From IMG/VR virus record IMGVR_UViG_3300033067_000794, positions 1 through 26,397 of that record: DNA of 26,397 nucleotides; one strand, 5' to 3'. The stretch is from a virus. Taxonomy: Duplodnaviria; Caudoviricetes. Shown piece after piece: positions 1 through 6,328 of this stretch (its first letter is position 1; each line of letters starts with the position of its first letter). Under the pieces are notes generated by a model. The model had not been told where the DNA came from. It saw nothing but the letters and a program-made list of their open reading frames with translations, and made no database searches. The position numbers were made by a program, and so were the translations under genes.

Positions 1-2266
1 GCCACTCCTTGAACTTATCCATAGGCATTTCAGTAATTCCACCGAATCCTTTCCATCCTTTAGAATAGTTCCGCAGGTACGCGGGTTTAGCCGCTCTGGC
101 CGTTGGATACCCGAGCATCACTTTATGCTCATCAAAATCCCCGGCGCCAGGGTTATTCTGGTCGACTACATATGCGACCTCGGCCGACTGTTCTTGCTTT
201 TTCGTTAGGTTTTTTGGGGTAAATACATCGAGGTTATCTTTGTCCGCCCCCTGCACGTTAGGGATATGCCCGTAGTTGTCCTTCATGGTGACAGACCATG
301 GATTTCCTTTCTCATCGACCCCCGAACGGACATCTCCGGCCTTGGTTTCCGTGGCAATATGAACCCCGCGGAAGTCCGACCCGATGACTGGGTACGCGCC
401 CTTCGACACTTCTTCCTCTGTTACTTGAGGCTGAAGGGCCGCGGCTTGGGCTACAGGGGCTAACGCTTCCCTTTCTTCTGATGGTTGCGTTTGCGGGGCT
501 GTGTTCTGGCTTTGGTCATTTATGATTCCTGTTTCTTGTGGTAAGGGTGCTTCGGGTGCGACCGGTTGTTGATTCCCCGGTCCGCTGATAATCTCTTGGC
601 CGCCTCGTGCGGGTTCTTGCTGTGCGAGATGTAAGTCATCGCCGCTATTCGTTTGGCTTCCTTCTCCGATTTGCCCTGCTTCTCCAGGGAATTCCTGATC
701 GCTACGTATTGCGCCGGCATCTTCGACCTCCTTAGTAAAGGGTTGACGCTCCGCAGGCAGGTATTCACTCAGAGCAGTATCTAAATCTTCGTCCGGGTGA
801 TCCTGTTCTGCTACGGCCGCATCCTGTAGCATCCTTCGAGAGACGATGGAATTTTCTCTGGCCGCTATTTGAGGCCCAGTTATCTGCTGCTCGGTGGCGC
901 TCAAAGCCGCCCGTTTAAATACGCCATCTGGTGCGGAGGAAAGTTGTTCTTTAATTTCGTCCGTAGCCTTCTCAACCGCTGTTTTTTCAGGGTAAACGGC
1001 GCTTTTAAGCTTCTCAAAAATAGCCGAAGGCGTATCGGTCGGATCATAGACCCCAGCTTTTATGGCCGCATCCTTCAAACTTTTAGTAACGACTGTTGGT
1101 ACGCCGCTGAGCTCCTGATACTTCTGGAATCTGTCTACCACGCTTTTTATTTCCGGATCGACTTCCGCTACGGCCGGTTCGACCGAAGTCGGGGCTTCTG
1201 GGATAACAGCATTTTCCGGTTCTTCTTGTAAATTGGTTTGCGCTTGTTGCGCCTCGGTTCCCGGAATAGCAACGTTTTCCGGTTCTTCTTGTAAATTGGT
1301 TTGCGCTTGTTGCGCCGCGGTTACTTCGGCATCCTCTACAGGAGGCGGTAAATTTCCCCCTGCTATAGCGCCAACCGGTGCTCCCATTCCGGCTCCGGTA
1401 ACTAACCCTAGAGCGGCGGCATTGCCGACCCCTTCGCCAAGAGGTTTTTCCAGTGCCAAATTAGAGGCCGCTTGTTCCTGACCGGACTGTGCTGCTTCTT
1501 GCGCTCCTTCAACGACTCCGCCTTCTACGCCTTTCCTAATAGCTCCTTTACCGGTAGCTGCAAGTGCCGGATTATCGAGTAGTAACGTATTTACGTCCCC
1601 AACGCCTAACTTCTGCGCCGCTTTACCAAAACCGTGCGTAAGGGCTCCGGTTAGCGCTCCGCTAGCGGCTTGTAACAGGGACTGCTTAGGAGTCAACAAC
1701 CCGCTTTCTGTTTGTTGCCGTAATTGTTCAGTATTTTGCCCGGCGGTAACCGCACCTTCTCCAATAGGGCCTGCGGCCAATGACGAGAGTTTAGGGGCGT
1801 ACTTCATAAGCCCTTTGGCCAGGACTTGACCGCCGGCCATTGATGGTAGCGATTCGCCTATCGTGTGGGCGATAACCGACGGATTTTCTACCGCGGCCTT
1901 CAGTGTTGGGGCGAACCCTTCAGCTTCGTGTACCTTTTTAAAAGCCTCTTTCTGCGCTGGAGAATACTGTTCGCTTAATATTTCTTTGGCTCTTCGAAAA
2001 TCTACTCCGGCCTCCTGAACGGCTTTTCCAGCATGCCCCCCTGATACTAAATCGGCGGCGCCTACTAAAGTTTCAGGAACTCCGATAGCCCCTTTCAACG
2101 CGGTTATTCCAACGTCCTTAGCCCTATCTCCTAGTGTTGGTTCTGGAGTCGGTTCAGCCGGAGGAGCCGGGGCGTATTCGGCTAGCATCGAATCTAAATC
2201 TGGAGCCGCTTGTTTTGGAGCGTATTCGGCCAATGCCGAGTCTAGGTCTTGAATACTATCCGCCAT
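1..2266 (-). CDS. Giant internal virion/ejection polyvalent protein, N-terminal 755 codons (continues past left edge), with inorganic pyrophosphatase-like (InPase) domain at ~1-400
   Basis: Hand translation: ATG at 2266 (MADSIQDLDSALAEYAP...) with no stop down to position 2. Gly/Ala-rich N-terminus (NPSVIAHTIGESLPSM; EGAQEAAQSGQEQAASNLALEKPLGEGVGNAAALGLVTGAGMG). Ends in RSGVDEKGNPWSVTMKDNYGHIPNVQGADKDNLDVF...YVVDQ...FDEHKVMLGY...AYLRNYSKGWKGFGGITEMPMDKFKEW, the InPase signature of phage polyvalent proteins. Confidence 0.9.
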   Translation of the reverse strand, partial: MADSIQDLDSALAEYAPKQAAPDLDSMLAEYAPAPPAEPTPEPTLGDRAKDVGITALKGAIGVPETLVGAADLVSGGHAGKAVQEAGVDFRRAKEILSEQYSPAQKEAFKKVHEAEGFAPTLKAAVENPSVIAHTIGESLPSMAGGQVLAKGLMKYAPKLSSLAAGPIGEGAVTAGQNTEQLRQQTESGLLTPKQSLLQAASGALTGALTHGFGKAAQKLGVGDVNTLLLDNPALAATGKGAIRKGVEGGVVEGAQEAAQSGQEQAASNLALEKPLGEGVGNAAALGLVTGAGMGAPVGAIAGGNLPPPVEDAEVTAAQQAQTNLQEEPENVAIPGTEAQQAQTNLQEEPENAVIPEAPTSVEPAVAEVDPEIKSVVDRFQKYQELSGVPTVVTKSLKDAAIKAGVYDPTDTPSAIFEKLKSAVYPEKTAVEKATDEIKEQLSSAPDGVFKRAALSATEQQITGPQIAARENSIVSRRMLQDAAVAEQDHPDEDLDTALSEYLPAERQPFTKEVEDAGAIRSDQEFPGEAGQIGEGSQTNSGDDLHLAQQEPARGGQEIISGPGNQQPVAPEAPLPQETGIINDQSQNTAPQTQPSEEREALAPVAQAAALQPQVTEEEVSKGAYPVIGSDFRGVHIATETKAGDVRSGVDEKGNPWSVTMKDNYGHIPNVQGADKDNLDVFTPKNLTKKQEQSAEVAYVVDQNNPGAGDFDEHKVMLGYPTARAAKPAYLRNYSKGWKGFGGITEMPMDKFKEW
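460..519 (-). CDS. Possible 19-aa highly basic nested peptide MTKARTQPRKRNHQKKGKR
   Basis: ATG directly follows the TAA of the nested 66-aa ORF (TAAATG), in the same +1 frame, with AGGA 7 nt upstream; ends in TAG at 460-462. Confidence 0.25.
   Translation of the reverse strand: MTKARTQPRKRNHQKKGKR
520..720 (-). CDS. Small basic protein (66 aa) overprinted in the +1 frame of the giant ejection gene
   Basis: MPAQYVAIRNSLEKQGKSEKEAKRIAAMTY...; TAAGGAGGT lies 5 nt upstream of the ATG at 720; amphipathic helical pattern. Confidence 0.7.
   Translation of the reverse strand: MPAQYVAIRNSLEKQGKSEKEAKRIAAMTYISHSKNPHEAAKRLSADRGINNRSHPKHPYHKKQES
726..734 (-). promoter_or_regulatory. Perfect Shine-Dalgarno (TAAGGAGGT) for the nested gene
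   Basis: Minus strand reads TAAGGAGGT-CGAAG-ATG. Confidence 0.75.
1212..1316. repeat. In-frame tandem duplication, 42-nt exact core, 63-nt period (AQQAQTNLQEEPEN x2)
   Basis: ttttccggttcttcttgtaaattggtttgcgcttgttgcgcc at 1212-1253 and 1275-1316. Confidence 0.95.
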
Positions 2267-2310
2267 TTATATCGTCCCGGTTATTGTTTTATCGGAGTAT
2301 TGTACACGTA

Positions 2311-4170
2311 TTACTGAGTATTGTCCGCAGCGAAGGGGGACTCGGGGTGCTCAGCGTTATACATTTGAATTACTCGTTGCTTCCACTCGGGGGGCTTATT
2401 CGGATCGTTTACAGCGGCCGTCAACGCCTGTAACCGAGTTTGCTGCTGTTGCTTACGTGCCGCTGGGTCGACTTTTGCCCCGGTTTTCGTATCAAAAGCC
2501 TGGACTTCCTCGTGGGTATCCAGCGGATTGTCCGGATTTGACACCTTAACTTTCTGAAAGGAAAGCGGCTGCTTATTTATCTCTTGCTTTCTCAACTCCC
2601 TATCCGCCTCATCCTTTTGCCGAGAATACGCCTTCTGCTCAGAGGCTATCTGAGCGTTTTGAGATAGCGTTTTATTCTGCAACTCGTTTTGCTTAGTTAC
2701 TTGCAGGTCGCGTATCTTCTCCCCGAGTATCGCCTTGGCATTATCCTGACGGCGCTTAGCGGCTCCGAATTGAGTAGGGGTCATATTACCGGTAGGACCT
2801 CCGTAGAGCGCGATATTCTGTAAGTTACGTATCTCCGTCAGTGCGGGGTCTTCTTTGCCATTACCGTATTTCGCCGCCATATCAGCGGTGTTCTGTGCGT
2901 CCCTTGCGAATCTCGCTTCTTTCTCAGGATTGCTCAATCCGCCGCCGGCTACTAGACCTTTTACACGATTAATCCCTTTAGTATTAGCGGATTCAATGTA
3001 ACTTCCGCCTCCTAAATCCGCCCTCGTATCGGATCCAGGTAGCATTTTTTCTGTTCGTGGGGCTGCAGGTTTAGGAGCCGCTTGCTGTGGGGTAGACGGG
3101 CTAATAGCGGGGGCGGGGGTTTTTGTAGCGGCCGCTTCCTGTTCCGGTTCACTTTCGCTAGAAAGCGCTTTACCGATAGGACTTTGCTGAAAGCCAACAA
3201 CATCGCCGAGTTTTCGTATCCCTGTTACCGCCGCTCTAGTAAGGGGAGGGGCGTTCTCTACCGGCAGACCGAATAATTTACGCTTAGCCCCCTCCGTGTC
3301 CCCTAGGGCGAAAGTCGTTGCGGCGTTTACGACGTTACTGAACGGACTTTTATCCTGCGCGTTATAGGCTACGTTCCCGGCCGCGTTTGCCGCCTCGGTG
3401 GCCAAAGCCCCAGAAGCTAACCCTCTTAAGAGCCCTTTAGCCCCGGAAACCGCTCCTGTTCCTGACGCTTTAGGCTGAGCCACGGGCGCTAAGGATTTTT
3501 CAGGAGGGATAGACCCTTCGTAGTTCGGGCGAGTCGTAAATCCAGGTTCTTGCGCGGGCGCATTGAAAAATCCTTCTTTAACTCTAACCGGCTCCGTGAC
3601 CGGAGGAACAGACCCCTCCCCTGTCGGAACTAAACCCGTTTCAGGGCGGAGGGCAATGGCTTTCTCCGGAGGTATCGTACCATCGTAGTTCGGCCGCATC
3701 GTAAGTTCGTCCCCTTCCACGAGTCCGCCATTAGCGTATCCGGAAAGCAAATTATTTTTCAGAGGAGTATCCACTCCTTTAAGAGCGGCATCCGAATCTG
3801 CAAAAGCCGGGGCGCTAGAATAGGGATTAGACCCGTCCGCTGACGCCGTACTTTGCAAACCCGGCTGAGTTATCGGCTTTACTACTGAGCCTATCTGGGA
3901 TTGAATCCCTGTATCCCCTAGGAACTGTTTAGCGGTATTATTTGGATTCTGGAATCCTTCGAACGGGTCTTTGTACCCGTAGAGTCCTGTGTTCTTTACG
4001 AGGCCTCCGTCCTGATAGCCGGGAAGTTTATTCTGTCTCATTTTAAGCCCCATCTTGTTTGCTTTTTCAAGGTTATCGGCGCCGACTAAGGCGACCGCCT
4101 CTCGGTTCATTACATACTCCCCTGGCGTAAGGAGAGCGGGTTTAGTGTCTGTTGGCCCCGGCTTTGGCAT
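2311..4170 (-). CDS. Putative internal virion/ejection protein (619 aa)
   Basis: N-terminal GPTDTKPALLTPGEYVMNREAV...G..NLEKAN motif seen in phage tape-measure/ejection proteins; two GYxxGGLV motifs; Pro/Ala/Gln-rich with coiled-coil C-terminus; GAGGGA RBS; adjacent to the giant protein. Confidence 0.75.
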   Translation of the reverse strand: MPKPGPTDTKPALLTPGEYVMNREAVALVGADNLEKANKMGLKMRQNKLPGYQDGGLVKNTGLYGYKDPFEGFQNPNNTAKQFLGDTGIQSQIGSVVKPITQPGLQSTASADGSNPYSSAPAFADSDAALKGVDTPLKNNLLSGYANGGLVEGDELTMRPNYDGTIPPEKAIALRPETGLVPTGEGSVPPVTEPVRVKEGFFNAPAQEPGFTTRPNYEGSIPPEKSLAPVAQPKASGTGAVSGAKGLLRGLASGALATEAANAAGNVAYNAQDKSPFSNVVNAATTFALGDTEGAKRKLFGLPVENAPPLTRAAVTGIRKLGDVVGFQQSPIGKALSSESEPEQEAAATKTPAPAISPSTPQQAAPKPAAPRTEKMLPGSDTRADLGGGSYIESANTKGINRVKGLVAGGGLSNPEKEARFARDAQNTADMAAKYGNGKEDPALTEIRNLQNIALYGGPTGNMTPTQFGAAKRRQDNAKAILGEKIRDLQVTKQNELQNKTLSQNAQIASEQKAYSRQKDEADRELRKQEINKQPLSFQKVKVSNPDNPLDTHEEVQAFDTKTGAKVDPAARKQQQQTRLQALTAAVNDPNKPPEWKQRVIQMYNAEHPESPFAADNTQ

Positions 4171-4202
4171 CCGATGTCCCTCAAAATAGAAATATTCTTG
4201 GT

Positions 4203-4208
4203 ATTATA
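4203..4208 (-). promoter_or_regulatory. Candidate -10 element (TATAAT) upstream of the 619-aa gene
   Basis: Consensus hexamer in a 44-nt intergenic gap; no convincing -35. Confidence 0.3.
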
Positions 4209-4214
4209 GCCCAA

Positions 4215-6221
4215 TTATGGGCCGGGAACTATGTAATTGGAGATTATACCGACCGGCTGTTTCACCAATTCATAAGCCCCGGATACGGCATTTATGCGTA
4301 GTATGTAGGGAACGTAGGTTTCAGCGGTACCGTCAAAAGCGGCGCACCTAACGAATACTACGTCTTTTACAGAAGCGTAGGTATTTCCCCTCATTACCTC
4401 CATCATGGCTAACTTTAGTGAGGTATCCCAGTTAGTATTTGACGACAGCATCGGCAGCCCTATTACGTCAGGAACTGCGATGGGGCTTCTGTGTAGGGTA
4501 GACGACCCTAATGAGCTTCCAAGAACAGGGGTTATAGCGGTGTTCACTCCGTTTGCGTATAGCACCGCGGAAGCCACATCCGTAACGGTAGACCCCAGGA
4601 CGGGGAGGTACGGGGCGAACAGTACGATATCCGCTAAATAATCGGCATAGGCTATGGTGTGGTACCCTATTTGTACCCCTGTCCCACCTGGATCTGAAAA
4701 TGTAGTGGTCGGAACTATAGTAAAAGAATCAGCCACTAAATCCAAGGTTCCTGGATCCGTAATGTCGCCTTTTACAGTAAGCGTTTTCGCCGTTAGGTCA
4801 GAGGTGAAATCGGCTCCGCTTATGAAATCCAAATGGCTCATCGTGAAGCCGACTCTATGTGAAGTAGCGGAGGCCATCTGGCAGCGAAATCCGGCGGTTA
4901 TCCTGTCTGCCGGAAAAGGATTAGCAAGTGTCGCTGAAGAAGATAGTAAGTCTATGGTTGCTAGTGTAATCGGGGTTCCTACATTCAGCCCCCCATCGTA
5001 CACAAGCCACCGTCGAATAACTAATTTTATCGAGTCGATAGGTGCCGTAGTACTGTGATCCGTAGTGGCCGTCCAAAACATGGCCACATATAGGAAATTG
5101 GTGTCTGGAGAAAACTCCATCCATATAATAGCCGCTCGTCCGCCGATTCCTTGGACTTCGTCTATCAAGGCGCCGGATTCTACTATTAAAGTTCCGCAAA
5201 GGGAGTGCGATACAACAGCGCCTGTTGACATTAGCACATCCTCTGTTACCGTCGGAGCGGATAAATGCGACAGCCCTACCCGTATCCCTGTGGTGGTTTT
5301 GCGCCCGTAACCTGCGTTATTTCCGGATCTCCCTACGTCTTGTGGGGCCGTAGATACGGCGCTAAGTATCTTTGTAGCTTCCGGGCGGCAAGCTGCTATG
5401 TAGGGTCCGTCCGTGGACGCAGTGTTGGTCACTGCCCCCGTAGCGGCTTGCGTCAACGCAGACGGGAACGTATAAAAGATATTTCCTATGTACACCCCAA
5501 GTGCTAAAGGGGGCGGGTTACTGGTTCCGCTAGCTACCCCCCTGTATTTATGGTGCGGGACAAAGTTATCGTACCGAGAGTCTCCGGGCGGTAAAACCGC
5601 CGAGTGCGCGGTGGCGTCTTTAAAAGCTCGCATAGAGGCGTTTACGATCAGGCCATTCACTCCTACCCAAACATTGTTTACCGGCATATCTGCGAGCCCT
5701 CGGCCGCCGTAAGCATCCGAGAATTCTAAACTGTATACCCCGCCGGAAAACGTACTTAGTTTTACCGCTTTGTCTACGGTAGATCGGGTGAATTGATTAG
5801 ACCCTCTTGTTCCTACCGCGTATGAGGACGACGGATCCGTGAAAAGGACAGATAGAAAATTATTTACGCTGCTAGACAGCACAACATCCCAAGCGTCGTG
5901 AGTTCCGAAATCGTATGCGGGGTCGTCCGGTATTTGAAACGCTACCGGGCCTATGTAAACTATTTCGTTTGCGACGACCGCAGATATAAAAATCCTATTG
6001 GGCCGAGTGTCTATCCGTATTCTTACCCCGGCTATCGGGGCGAAAGTGGCCGATAGGGGGCCTAGAGAATTTTGAAGCATGAACCGAAGCTGGGATTTCG
6101 CGTACCCAAGCCAAGTGACTGCGGCCGCTTGATCTCCTTCGAACAGGGTTGCGGTGGCTAAGGAGTCTTGCCAGGGGCGGGTTTCTCTAATCATGCTGCT
6201 AAGTATATACTTTTCGGGCAT
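4215..6221 (-). CDS. Putative tail/virion structural protein (668 aa; start uncertain, alternative ATG 6194)
   Basis: Long ORF in the structural operon; short helical N-terminal segment (LFEGDQAAAVTWLGYAKSQL) then a beta-rich body; no clear SD at either ATG. Confidence 0.7.
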   Translation of the reverse strand: MPEKYILSSMIRETRPWQDSLATATLFEGDQAAAVTWLGYAKSQLRFMLQNSLGPLSATFAPIAGVRIRIDTRPNRIFISAVVANEIVYIGPVAFQIPDDPAYDFGTHDAWDVVLSSSVNNFLSVLFTDPSSSYAVGTRGSNQFTRSTVDKAVKLSTFSGGVYSLEFSDAYGGRGLADMPVNNVWVGVNGLIVNASMRAFKDATAHSAVLPPGDSRYDNFVPHHKYRGVASGTSNPPPLALGVYIGNIFYTFPSALTQAATGAVTNTASTDGPYIAACRPEATKILSAVSTAPQDVGRSGNNAGYGRKTTTGIRVGLSHLSAPTVTEDVLMSTGAVVSHSLCGTLIVESGALIDEVQGIGGRAAIIWMEFSPDTNFLYVAMFWTATTDHSTTAPIDSIKLVIRRWLVYDGGLNVGTPITLATIDLLSSSATLANPFPADRITAGFRCQMASATSHRVGFTMSHLDFISGADFTSDLTAKTLTVKGDITDPGTLDLVADSFTIVPTTTFSDPGGTGVQIGYHTIAYADYLADIVLFAPYLPVLGSTVTDVASAVLYANGVNTAITPVLGSSLGSSTLHRSPIAVPDVIGLPMLSSNTNWDTSLKLAMMEVMRGNTYASVKDVVFVRCAAFDGTAETYVPYILRINAVSGAYELVKQPVGIISNYIVPGP

Positions 6222-6225
6222 TAAA

Positions 6226-6234
6226 TGCTATACT
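6226..6234 (+). promoter_or_regulatory. Extended -10 promoter (TGCTATACT) for leader RNA and endonuclease
   Basis: TGn-TATACT; predicted start near 6241 coincides with the 5' end of the structured RNA. Confidence 0.6.
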
Positions 6235-6240
6235 AGAAGC

Positions 6241-6321
6241 CCTGTGGATAGCTCGACGGAGCGAAAGTACCCTTCAGTAAGGTATTTCCACGGATTCTCT
6301 TACTGATGAACTTAACTGGAG
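6241..6321 (+). ncRNA. Structured leader RNA (three-way junction) with loop complementary to two downstream sites; C4/CI-like architecture
   Basis: P1 CTGTGGA 6242-6248 / TCCACGG 6287-6293; P2 GCTC-GACG-GAGC 6251-6262; P3 AGTACC 6266-6271 / GGTATT 6281-6286 with loop CTTCAGTAA; targets CTTACTGA 6299-6306 and CTTAACTGGAG 6311-6321. Confidence 0.65.
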
Positions 6322-6328
6322 TTTACCC

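Noticed and set aside
721-768. Tracked upstream GTG start (82 aa) for the nested ORF
   Set aside because: The perfect SD sits 5 nt before the ATG at 720; no SD at 768.
266-2433. Plus-strand ORFs 266-463, 869-1231, 1233-1481, 2134-2433
   Set aside because: Antisense shadows of the giant and 619-aa genes; no RBS or recognisable motifs.
3012-3203. Basic alternative-frame ORF inside the 619-aa gene as another overprinted gene
   Set aside because: No SD before the ATG; composition is what a shifted Pro/Ala/Glu-rich frame gives.
6159-6224. Plus-strand TAAGGAG followed by a TTG 18-codon ORF
   Set aside because: SD-start spacing is only 2 nt, and it lies upstream of the predicted promoter.
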